Assembly: GCA_965203175.1 (NCBI GenBank)
Contig: OZ241867.1
Span: 352,001-416,000, forward strand
DNA length: 64,000 nt
Source of the DNA: Candidatus Latescibacterota bacterium
Lineage (GTDB): Bacteria > Latescibacterota > UBA2968 > UBA8231
Direction of reading: 5' to 3'
The position numbers and the translations under genes were made by a program. Below, in pieces: positions 8,308 to 19,400 of this stretch (the stretch's first letter is position 1; each line of letters starts with the position of its first letter). The notes under the pieces are model-generated. The model had not been told where the DNA came from. It did no database searches and worked only from the letters and a program-made list of their open reading frames with translations.

Positions 8308-10302
8308 ATGAAGTCATTGATGGTCAGTCTTCTCGGTTTGGTGTTGAGTGTCAGCGTTGGTGCTGAGCCGCTGCTTAAGGGCCGAGTCTGGCTGGCGTCG
8401 GGGCCGCCAGCCGCTGGCGTCCACGTGCGGCTGTTCGACCTAACCGACCTGCGTCGCTCCATGGGCACGACCACGGACGAGGCCGGGTATTTTGCCCTGC
8501 CGCTGGCAACCGTGGGTGGGCCGGCCCGTCCGCAGGATTTTGCGTTGGGGCAGAACTACCCCAATCCGTTCAATCCCTCGACGATCATTCCCTACCAGAT
8601 ACCAACCACTACTCACGTGCGCTTAGAGGTGTTCAACCTGCTCGGGCAGCGGCTGGCGACGTTGGTGGATGGGGAACGGCCGGCCGGGGCACATACGGCG
8701 CACTGGGACGCTACGGATGCGGCGGGTCGGGCGGTGGGCGCGGGCGTGTTCATCTATCGCCTCACCGGCGGTGGGCATACAGTGAGCCGGCGCATGGTGC
8801 TCATCGACGGACAGGCCGGCCTTCCCGCGGGTACGGCGGGGCCGGGACCGATGCAGACGGCGGCTGGGGGCGTGAAAACGGAGGGCTCGGTCTATGGGTT
8901 GACCGTGGCCGGCACCGGCTTGACCGCCTATGTGGACCCGGCGTTTCGGGTCGGGACAGACCAGGTCGATCTGGTGCTTGCACCGCCCGGCGGCCAGGCG
9001 CGGATGAAGGTGGCCACGGGCGGGATTTTGGGAGACGTGAACAACGATGGCCAAGTGGATGCCTTTGATGTGCTGTATGTCGCGCTGTACAGCAAGGATT
9101 CCTCTATTACGCTGCCGAATAATGGCGACATTTCCCTCGGCGATGTCAACGGCGATGGCACGGTTGATCTGGCCGATGGCTTGCTCCTTGCTCTATACAA
9201 AGTCAATCCGTCGGATCCGACATTGCCACCGGGGATTGGCCAACCCGTCGACGGCGGCGGGGATGATCACGGCGATAGCCCGTTGGCGGCGACGGATCTG
9301 GCGGTGGGCGGTTCGCAGTCGGGACAGATCGAAACCGGCGGCGATGTCGATTACTTCCGCGTGCAAGTCAGCGAGGCGGGAGAATTGACCGTTCAAACGA
9401 CCGGCCGCTTGGATACGAAGGGGCAGTTAGAGGATAGTGCTGGTGCGGTGCTGGCCCGCGACGACGATGGGGGTGACGGCTATAATTTCCGCATCACCCA
9501 CGCGGTCAGTGCCGGCACGTATTACCTCAAGGTCGAAGGCTTTGACGCCTCGACCACCGGCAGCTATACCGTTCACGCCAGTGGCCCCGGCGGCGGCAGC
9601 AGCCCCGACCTGATTGTGGCCTCGGCTTCGGTCAGCGATAACACGCTGACGCTGGCGCAATCGTTCACGCTGAATGCCACGGTGCGCAACCAAGGCACGG
9701 CCGCGGCCGCGGCGACGACCGTGCACTATTACCAATCGCCGGATACGACGATCACGGCGAATGATGCACCCGTCGGCACGGATCCGGTGAGCGGCCTGTC
9801 GGCGGATAACACGAGTGCTGTGTCCATTGACCTGACGGCTCCGTCAAGTGCCGGGACGTACTACTACGGCGCGTGTGTCCAAAGCGTCAGGGGCGAGAGC
9901 AATACCGATAACAACTGCTCACCGGGCGTACAGGTCACCGTTGGCAGCGGCGATGGGGATGATCACGGCGATACCCCGTCGGCGGCGACGGATCTGGCGG
10001 TGGGCGGTTCGCAGTCGGGACAGATCGAAACCGGCGGCGATGTCGATTACTTCCGCGTGCAGGTCAGCGGGTCGGGAGAATTGACTGTTCAAACGACCGG
10101 CCGCTTGGATACGAAGGGGCAGTTAGAGGATAGTGCGGGCGCGGTGCTGGCCCGCGACGACGATGGCGGCGACGGCTATAATTTCCGCATCGCCCACGCG
10201 GTCAGTGCCGGCACGTATTACCTCAAGGTCGAAGGCTATGACGCCTCGACCACCGGCAGCTATACCATTCTCGCCAGTGGCCCCGACGGGGGCAGCCCTT
10301 GA
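8308..10302 (+). CDS. Paralogous secreted modular protein: same N-terminal ~430 aa, then CARDB-like domain and second PPC domain; possibly 3'-truncated
   Basis: 8258-9590 duplicates 5139-6465 including the leader; PDLIV...ATVRNQG...GESNTDNNC is CARDB-like; ORF stops at GGSP where the earlier repeat continues PDL. Confidence 0.85.
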   Translation: MKSLMVSLLGLVLSVSVGAEPLLKGRVWLASGPPAAGVHVRLFDLTDLRRSMGTTTDEAGYFALPLATVGGPARPQDFALGQNYPNPFNPSTIIPYQIPTTTHVRLEVFNLLGQRLATLVDGERPAGAHTAHWDATDAAGRAVGAGVFIYRLTGGGHTVSRRMVLIDGQAGLPAGTAGPGPMQTAAGGVKTEGSVYGLTVAGTGLTAYVDPAFRVGTDQVDLVLAPPGGQARMKVATGGILGDVNNDGQVDAFDVLYVALYSKDSSITLPNNGDISLGDVNGDGTVDLADGLLLALYKVNPSDPTLPPGIGQPVDGGGDDHGDSPLAATDLAVGGSQSGQIETGGDVDYFRVQVSEAGELTVQTTGRLDTKGQLEDSAGAVLARDDDGGDGYNFRITHAVSAGTYYLKVEGFDASTTGSYTVHASGPGGGSSPDLIVASASVSDNTLTLAQSFTLNATVRNQGTAAAAATTVHYYQSPDTTITANDAPVGTDPVSGLSADNTSAVSIDLTAPSSAGTYYYGACVQSVRGESNTDNNCSPGVQVTVGSGDGDDHGDTPSAATDLAVGGSQSGQIETGGDVDYFRVQVSGSGELTVQTTGRLDTKGQLEDSAGAVLARDDDGGDGYNFRIAHAVSAGTYYLKVEGYDASTTGSYTILASGPDGGSP

Positions 10303-10490
10303 GAGCCGAGGCGTTAGTGCCAAGGTGATCGCAAGAGACGCCAAGTCGTCGATGTAGGGCCGTATGAATTCGCCCCGGTCCGAACGGCTCAACCGAAAAT
10401 CCGCACGGTAAACCGCCAACCACCATCACACCGGCTCGCCTTCGGCCAACCGCACGAAGGCGAGCCGCTCCGTTATAACCTCAGCTTCTG

Positions 10491-11816
10491 GTGCGACCTT
10501 AAAGTCGCACAATTTGAGTGGGGGCAACCCCTCGACCAGTGTGCAGGTCAATCATCAGTCCTCCCTGCGTTCGGAGTAATCTGGAGGTTGGAAGCAGAGG
10601 ATGAAAAGCCTAATAGCGCGGCGAGCCATCAGCCAAACTTGGGCAAGATGAAGATAGGACGGGAGAACGAGAGTGAATCTGTGGTAGAGGCGTCGTAAAG
10701 GTTGACCGCTGAAAACGATGGATGATACAGCGGATGGGTCCACATGTCAGCCACCGACGGCTAAAGCGGTCGGCTTGTCCCTGCCTTTTCCCCCATCCTC
10801 CTAACACGAGCACCGTGCGAATAGGAGAATCACGGATGCGGCTTAACATCGCAGGATGCGACATTGAGCTACTCAGCGGAACTATATGCCTGCTGACACC
10901 AAGCAGCCACTTGGGGGGCGAGACCCCGAGGCATTCGGAACGCACTGTCGGGCTGGCTGAACTACCAGTGCGCACTCGATCCACGCATACAGTGCTATCG
11001 ACGTGTAGTGCCAACAGCCATCCTGAGCGCATGCCCCGAAGGGCTAAACAGTTTTACCCCTCTGGAGGGTGCCCTATCGCCTAAGCTGTTGGCTCGGGCT
11101 CCTATGTGGCCACAATACTGTGGCCAGACTGCTCGTACGCATCCGGGAGCCATTCGGGCGCACACCTAATATAAGCCTCTGCTCGGGGACGCCACAACGC
11201 CTGGTGCGTTGCTCCGCCTGTCGCAGAGACTACACCTTTTTCCTCCCCCGCCTAAAGACGGGGGTCTCCAAAGGAGATTTTTATGAAAATGGCTTCCATC
11301 ATGGCCATAGTGAACTGGGATCCAGAAGTATCTCAGCGCGCACACTATTGACCCCGGCGCAAAGCAGCCTCCCACCCCTATTGCATCTCAGTTGTGCGGA
11401 AAAGGGCAACCCCGTTAGAGGTCTCAACCTGAGTAACCCGACTGCAAAGAAGGGCCAAACCCTCAGCGGGCACAGGATGCTCCAAAAAGCCAATGCCAGC
11501 CGTGGAAACACACGGGGAATACATAACCCGCTGGATATGCTGACGTGGAGCAGGTGAGTTGACCTTGAGAAGGATAGCAAAAGACCTAAATCGGATGTGG
11601 ATGCGCAGGGCCTTTAGGCGAGCAGAGCATCGGAGGGAAACCAAGGTCTGGAGGCGGTCCGACAAGGAAGCGGGAGCAGTAGAGTCTCTGGAAAGCATGA
11701 TACTCGCTATACATACTCCAGCCCAACTTGCTTGAGCCGTGTGCGTTGAAAGGCGCACGCACGGTTCTGAGGTTCTGAGGGGAGGGGGAGGCAGTGAGGT
11801 CTCCTCCTTACCCGAC
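10491..11816 (+). mobile_element. ORF-less group II intron (IIB-like), interrupted by an IS605-ended element
   Basis: 5' GTGCGACCTTAAAGTCG; domain V GAGCCGTGTGCGTTGAAAGGCGCACGCACGGTTC; domain VI ending CCTTACCCGAC; EBS1 CAGAAG (11323-11328, in a stem-loop) pairs with exon CTTCTG (10485-10490). Confidence 0.9.
10746..11282 (-). mobile_element. Complete 537-bp non-autonomous IS200/IS605-type element with structured non-coding cargo
   Basis: On minus: TCAT|AAAAATCTCC left end; right end CAGGGACAAGCCGACCGCTTTAGCCGTCGGTGGCTGAC| like the tnpB elements; no TSD and no credible ORF. Confidence 0.88.
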
Positions 11817-11845
11817 TATAACGGATGGTACGCAGTTCCTAGGTA

Positions 11846-13208
11846 CTAAGCTCGACTTTATCCATTCATGTAGCATAGCAAACGATATCGATAAGGCGTT
11901 CGACGATTCCCGCTGTTGGTTTTTGCCTGTCTGGGTGTGGAATTGACCTTGAAAAATGTTGCCAGATGTGTTTTCGCACCCAAGCGAGTGCATCGGAGAA
12001 AGTGGGTTTTGTTTTGCGATACCAAGCCCTTTGTCGGACGCTACAGGCTGTTTTTTTAGTGAGGGTATCAGCCAACAGCACCACCATAGCAAATAAGGCC
12101 AACACCAAGGGCGTGCTCCGCGCAATGGCTTGGTCATTCCACTGTCGTTGCGTTTCCATACCCAGATGGGCGCGCGCTTGTTCAAAGGTGGTTTCGACCG
12201 TCCAGCGCTGGATGAGGTGGCAACCCGGAGTGATACCACACGGCCGTGCCCGAAACGATATGGAGGACGCGTTTTCCGGTGGCATACCATGCGTTTATGG
12301 TTAGCTCTTGCCAGCGGGTATTGGGATCGTCTAATCGTGCTTGGAGGGTCGGTAACCGGTCGCCTTTGCAGCGTGGTCGGCCGACCGTACCGGTCAGCCG
12401 AGGGGGGCCGGCTCAAATAGCACCGCATCTAAGCGCAAGCGGGTGATGACGGCGACCTGATGCCGGACGGCATCCAGAAAGGCCAACGCGGAAAAGGCTT
12501 GGTCGGCTACCACCACTGAGCTACGGGTGGGTACCCAGCGCGCCAGCAGACGCAGCATCTGTTGGGCGCGCTCAAGCAGTGGTTGATGCACTCGACCCCG
12601 GACCTGATAATAGCGCTCGGACGGACATAACACCGTCAAGAAAGGCAAGGCCCAGATCCGGTCGGCCCAAGATACGGGCACCAGCAACATCAGCGACAAC
12701 CAGCGTAACCCACTAGCTTTGACAAAGTGCCCCTGTAGAGAGCGCACCGGATCGCGATAGAGGCCCTTGGCCGCAATGTGATCGCCGCGCCGGCGCTCTA
12801 TCGTATCGTCCAAGCCAAAAACCAACCGGCCGCGGGGGGCAAACGTAGCCAGCAGTACCTGCAACAGCCGCCGGCTGCCTTCAAGAGGAGACCATACGCA
12901 GCGATTGAGCACCCGGTGATAGGTTTGAAAATCAGACCGGTGATCCAAACCCATCACGCGCAAAAGGGCACGGACCGTGCGTTTGCCCGGCGCGAGGATC
13001 GCGCCGGGCAACAACACCTGAGCATGAGGCCATACCCGATGAGAAAAAAGGGGTGCAAAATACGACATACATTGTATTATAGTCGGTGGCAGCGGTCCCA
13101 TGACATGCTCCTTGATCGTAGAGATGATTCGACACCATCTATTCGACACCATCTATACTAGGAGCTTCTTGGACCGCTGTCATTGCTTTTGGATAAAGTC
13201 GAGCTTAG
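11846..13208 (-). mobile_element. IS701-family insertion sequence (defective)
   Basis: Perfect 19-bp inverted repeats CTAAGCTCGACTTTATCCA / TGGATAAAGTCGAGCTTAG. Confidence 0.88.
11866..13101 (-). pseudogene. IS701-family DDE transposase, frameshifted near 12405 with an internal deletion near 12213
   Basis: GLDDTIERR..RDPVRS..KASGLRWL..VVADQAF; C-terminal RWTVETTFEQARAHLGMETQRQW in a different frame. Confidence 0.85.
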
Positions 13209-13463
13209 CCGGATCAGACCTACCATCCGTTACAGACTGATATTAGGTATCGTCTTGGCGCTAGGTGCTCGTGCGTAAATCAGTTATTATGTTATATTAT
13301 ATACATTTAATGCCTTAAAATCGCGCGGTGTTCGCGCCGCTGATCTATGAGGCCTTGCTAGACATCGGATGTATATTCATCTGTTGGAACCTCAAAGAAT
13401 TTTGTTAGAGATTCTTATATCATTTTATAAACATCAGGAATGATTTCCTTGGGAGATTGAGTA

Positions 13464-16400
13464 ATGATACACCACGCGAAGTTATTCGTGCGACGGTTGG
13501 CCTATATGCCTTGGTTGTTAGCCGTTGGTTTGGTATTAGGATGGACCGGAGAGGCGGCGGCGCAGGAGCTACCGACGTTATTGGTAGGGAATGGGACCGG
13601 CACAGAGGGTGGTAATGTTACCTTCACGGTGGTGGTGTCGCCCCCGTTGGGAGTGGTTGACGGAGAGGCCGAAACCGCGACAGTAGACTACGTAGCTAGG
13701 GTTGAGGCTGGCAACACAGCAAGCCTAGCCACTGACTTCACGTCGATACCGATGACGCTGACTATTACGGGGGCGGCTGCTCCTGGGACTTCGACGGCGA
13801 CGATTGACATCGCTGCAGTGGACGATGCTCTTGATGAGCCTGACGAGACCTTCACGCTGGAGTTGTCGAGACCGTCTGGCGTAACATTCTCGGGGGGGGG
13901 CACGACCCTGACGGCGACGGGCACGATCGAAGACAACGACGGTCCGGTAACGGTGAACGTGGCTGCGACTGCGACTCCGGCCGTCGTAGCGGAGGGTCCT
14001 AATACGGAGGCGCAGTTCACGGTGACGCTGGGTACTGGGGATGCGCCGACGCCGAGCGGCCAGGTGGTGATGGTAGATTATGAGGCCTCGGCCTCGACTG
14101 GTGCCAGTGCTGATGACTTTGTGGCGACCGAGGGGACGCTGACTTTTGCTGTGGATGAGACCTCGAAGATAGTGCCTGTGCCGATCGTCGACGACGACAT
14201 CCATGAGGTGAGCACTGAGGGCATCACGTTGACGCTGACGCTGGTGGAGGCACCCGCGGTGGGGAACGCAGCGCTTGGGACTGCGACCGCGACGGTCACG
14301 ATCACCGACAACGAAGAGACTCCAGAGTTTAATGTGATGGCTGGCGATCCCGCGGACGAGGGTACCTTTGCGACCTTCACGGTGTCGCTGTCGGGGGCGA
14401 GTAGCGAGCAGACGACGGTAAATTACACGGTCGTCGGGACTCCGACTGACACCGACCTCACGGCGACGGAGGGTACCGACTTTACAGCTACTACGACTGC
14501 GGCGACGCTGAATTTTGCTGCGGGTGAGACCTCAAAGACAGTGTCTGTGCCGATCGTGGCCGACGGCATCGATGAGGGGGACGAGACCTTCGAGTTGAGA
14601 TTGGCTGACCCGGCCGCGCCTGGCGGCACCTTGGTCCCAAACTTGGGCGACATGGCTACCGCGACGGGCACGATCAGAGGCCACTTGCCGTCGTTGAGCG
14701 TGTTTGCTCCTGCTGAGGCCGTGGTCGAGGCTGAGGGTGCGATGGCGGAGTTCACGGTGACGCTGTCGAAGGAGGCTACCGCAGATGTGACGGTGACATA
14801 CAATACCTCGCTTGAGCCTGGCGACACAGCAGAGCAAGCCGACTTCACGGCGGCCACCAACCTCACGGCGACTATTACTGTGGGTGAGACCTCGACGAAG
14901 GTGTCTGTGACCATCTTGGACGACGACGATATTGAGGAGAATGAGACCTTCACGCTGACGCTATCGAACCCGTCGGCCGGTGCCATGTTGGGCGACATGG
15001 CGAGCGCGCAGGCCACGATCGCCGACGACGACAAGCCTTCGTTGAGCGTGTTTGCTCCTGCTGAGGCCGTGGCCGAGGGTGAGGATGTGGTGTTCACGGT
15101 GGCGCTGTCGGATGCGACCGGTCAGGATGTGACGGTGGAGTACGAGATTTCGATTGAGGCGGAAGACTCGGCACACCCAGATGACTTCGAAAACTTCATG
15201 TCAGAAACGGGTACGCTAACTATTACTGCGGGTCAGACCTCGGTAATGGTGCCGCCTGTGGAGACCGTGAACGACGACCTTGTTGAGGACGACGAGACCT
15301 TCACGCTAACGCTGTCGAACCCGTCTGGTGCCGTGTTGGGCGACATGTTGAGCGCGAAGGCCACGATCTCCAGCGAAGATATGTCGCCGTTGCCGTCGTT
15401 GAGCGTGGCTGTTGCGGATGCGACCGAGGGTGGTGCTGTGGATATCACAGTGACCCTGTCGGCGGAAGCCGACGCGGATGTGACGGTCGCCTTTGATATC
15501 TCGACTGAGTCTGGCGGCGACTTCGCGACGACCAGTGGTATGGTGACTATTACTGCGGGTGACACAGAAGGAATGGAGTCTGTGGCGACCGTGGACGACA
15601 ACGATGTTGAGGGGAGCGAGACCTTCAAGGTGACGCTGTCGAACCCTTCGGCCAACGCCGTGTTGGGCGACCCGTCGAGCGCGACGGGCACGCTCACCGA
15701 CAACGATTTGCCGTCGTTGAGCGTGGCTGTTGGGAGCGCGACCGAGGGTGGGGCTGTGGGTATCACAGTGACCCTGTCGGCGGCGACCGACGTGGAGGTG
15801 ACGGTCGACTACAAGGTCTCGATTGAGTCTGACGACACGGCAGGCCCAGATGACTTCGACGACTTCAGCGAGGCATCGGGTACGATGACTATTGCTGTGG
15901 GTGAGACCACGGAGATGGTTTCTGTGATGACTGTGGACGACGACCTTCTTGAAGCGTTGAAGCCTGAGACCTTCACGGTGACGCTGGAGAACCCGATGAA
16001 CGCCGTGTTGGATCCTGCTAGGTCGAGCGCGAAGGGCTCGATCACCGACAACGAGTTGCCGTTGTTGAGCGTGGCTGTTGCGGGTGCGACCGAGGGTGAA
16101 GCCGTGGGTATCACAGTGACCCTGTCGGCGGCAACCGACGTGGAGGTGACGGTCGACTTCGCGATCTCGACTGCGTCTGGCGACGACTTCGCGGCGACCC
16201 CTAGGACGGTGACTATTGATGCGGGTTCGCTCACGGGTATGGCTTCTGTGATGACCGTGGACGACGACGATGTTGAGGGGAGCGAGACCTTCACGGTGAC
16301 GCTGGAGAACCCGATGAATGCCGTGTTGGATCCTGCTGCGTCGAGCGCGACGGGCACGCTCACCGACAACGATTTGCCGTCGTTGAGCGTGGCTGTTGGG

Positions 16401-19400
16401 AGCGCGACCGAGGGTGGGGCTGTGGGTATCACAGTGACCCTGTCGGCGGCGACCGACGTGGAGGTGACGGTCGACTACAAGGTCTCGATTGAGTCTGACG
16501 ACACGGCAGGCCCAGATGACTTCGACGACTTCAGCGAGGCATCGGGTACGATGACTATTGCTGTGGGTGAGACCACGGAGATGGTTTCTGTGATGACTGT
16601 GGACGACGACCTTCTTGAAGCGTTGAAGCCTGAGACCTTCACGGTGACGCTGGAGAACCCGATGAACGCCGTGTTGGATCCTGCTGCGTCCAGCGCGAAG
16701 GGTTCGATCACCGACAACGAGTTGCCGTTGTTGAGCGTGGCTGTTGCGGATGCGACCGAGGGTGAAGCCGTGGGTATCACAGTGACCCTGTCGGCGGCAA
16801 CCAACGTGGAGGTGACGGTCGACTTCGCGATCTCGACTGCGTCTAGCGACGACTTCGAGACGACCAGTGGGACGGTGAGTATTGATGCGGGTTCGCTCAC
16901 GGGTATGGCTTCTGTGGCGACTGTGGACGACGATGATGTTGAGGGGGGCGAGACCTTCACGGTGACGCTGGAGAACCCAATGAACGCCGTGTTGGATCCT
17001 GCTGCGTCCAGCGCGACGGGCACGATCGCCGACAACGATTTGCCGTTGTTGAGCGTGGCTGTTGGGAGCGCGACCGAGGGTGGGGCTGTGGGTATCACAG
17101 TGACCCTGTCGGCGGCGACCGACGTGGAGGTGACGGTCGACTTCGAGGTCTCGATTGAGTCTGACGACACGGCAAGCCCAGATGACTTCGCTAACTTCAG
17201 GGAGGCGTCGGGTACGGTGAGTATTGCTGCGGGTTCGCTCACGGGGACGGCTTCTGTGATGACCGCGCCCGACGACATTATTGAGCCGGACGAGACCTTC
17301 ACGGTGACGCTGTCGAACCCGATGAACGCCGTGTTGAATCCTATTGCGTCGAGCGCGCAGGGCACAATCACCGACAACGATTTGCCGTTGTTGAGCGTGG
17401 CTGATGGGAGTGCGGTCGAGGGTGAGGATGTGGAGTTCACGGTGACGCTGTCGGTGGCGACCGACGAGGCTGTGACGGTGAACTACGCGACCTCTGTTGA
17501 AGACGACGACACCGCAACGCAAGCCGACTTCAAGGCGACCAGTGGGACGCTGACTATTGCTGCGGGTGCCACAGAGGCAACGGTGTCTGTGGAGACCGTG
17601 GACGACGCCGAGGAGGAGGAACCTGAGACCTTCACGCTGACGCTGTCGGACCCGTCCAATGCAGAGTTAAGCGCCACCATGTCGAGCGCACAGGGCTCGA
17701 TCACCGACAACGAGTCGCCGACGCCGAGCGTGTCTGATGCGAGCGCGGTCGAGGGTGAGGATGTGGAGTTCACGGTGACGCTATCGAAGGCATCCGGCGT
17801 GGATCAGGAGTTCTCCTACGGGATCTCGATAGAGGCTGACGACACGGCAAGCCCAGATGACTTCGTCGACTTCGTGGGAGGATCAGGTACGCTGACTATT
17901 GCTGCGGGTGCCACAGAGGCAACGGTGTCTGTGGCGACCAGGGACGACAACCGTGTTGAGGAGGACGAGACCTTCACGCTGACAGTGGGGGGGTTGACCG
18001 CGCAGGGCACGATCACCGACAACGACGTCCGGGTGCCCCCGCCGACAGGTGCTATCACCCTAACGGTGAGTCCTGCTAGTGTGCGCGAGAATGCCGGTAC
18101 GGCCACGGAAGTCTCGGTTACAGCGTCCGTGGACTCGCCGACGGATGCGGCCGTCACCGTATCTCTCGCCTTGAGCGGTACCGCCAAGGAAGGCACGGAC
18201 TACACGATCAGCGGCACGCAGAGCATTACCATCGCCGCCGGGGAGACGTCGGACAAGACGGCCCTGACCTTCACGCCGATCAATGACGCCGTCTACGAAG
18301 GCGACGAGACGATCCTCATCACCGGCACTGGCACCGGCTATACGTCCGGCTCGACGAGGGTGACGCTGATCGATGACGATGAGCCGTCCACGCCGGTATC
18401 GTCGGGAGGAGGGGGGGGCTCGCCACCACCGCCACCACCGCCACCGTCGCCGTCTTTTGACGATAAGACGATTGCAGCGCAATTCTACATACAAGGTACG
18501 GCTATCGACCCCCTCGTCTTCCCCATCGCCCAAGACGGCACCAAACCGCTGACCTACGGGCTATCGCAAACCAGCACCGCGCAAGCGGCCATCGACCCCC
18601 TGACCGGCCTGCCCGACAGCCTCGCGTTTGACCCCAAAACGCGCACCCTTACCGGCACCCCGGCCACGCCGCTGCCAGCGACTGAGTTCAGCTACACGGT
18701 CATCGACGCCGACGGGCGCACCGCCAGCCTCTGCTTCGACATCACCATCTACGCCCTCATCGGCCCGCCGACTCCGCCGACCGACCTGACGGTCGCCTTC
18801 GACGCCGACGGCAAGCTGGTGTTGCACTGGAAGGAACCCGCCCGCAACGGCGGCTACGACCTGACCTCCTACGAGGTGCAATACCAAAAGACGACCAGCG
18901 CCTCGTGGAGGAGATTGGCGATCCGAGTGCCCGCCAATCACCCCACAAAGACCTACACCATCGGCAGCCTACAAGCCGACGCCGAGTACAACGTGCGCGT
19001 ACGAGCGTACAACCTGAACCCACTCCCGGAACTGTCGGTCGGCGAATGGGCCATGGCCAGCACCGACGAAACGGCCATGCCCGACGAAATAGCAGCCGGA
19101 ACGGGCGAACCGGCTGCCGCCGGAGCCGTCTGTAAGCCCGGCCTTGGCGATTTGCTGGCGACCGAGGATGCTGGCGACGGCGAACCGTCCGGCGACGGTG
19201 ACGATGGCGAACCAACGGCTCCCAGTGCTCCGGGCGCACCAACCAATCTGACGGCCACGCCCGGTGATGGTAAGCTGTTGTTACGTTGGAAGGAGCCGAC
19301 CCAAACCGGCGGTTTTGACCTGACGTTCTACGATCTACAATACCAGAAGACGACCAGCACCTCGTGGATCTCGGTCGCTATCCGTATCCCAGCCAATTAC

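Noticed and set aside
10875-11236. Group I intron-like R (GCAGAGACTA) and S (CATATAGTTCC) strings, suggesting an IStron
   Set aside because: They lie on opposite strands, so they cannot form one P7 core.
10610-11557. ORFs inside the intron and the IS605-ended insert
   Set aside because: No RT, IscB or TnpA motifs; the two copies differ by a frameshifting indel, arguing against coding.
15306-17522. 738-aa minus-strand ORF
   Set aside because: Antisense to the Calx-beta repeats; Arg/His-rich shadow.
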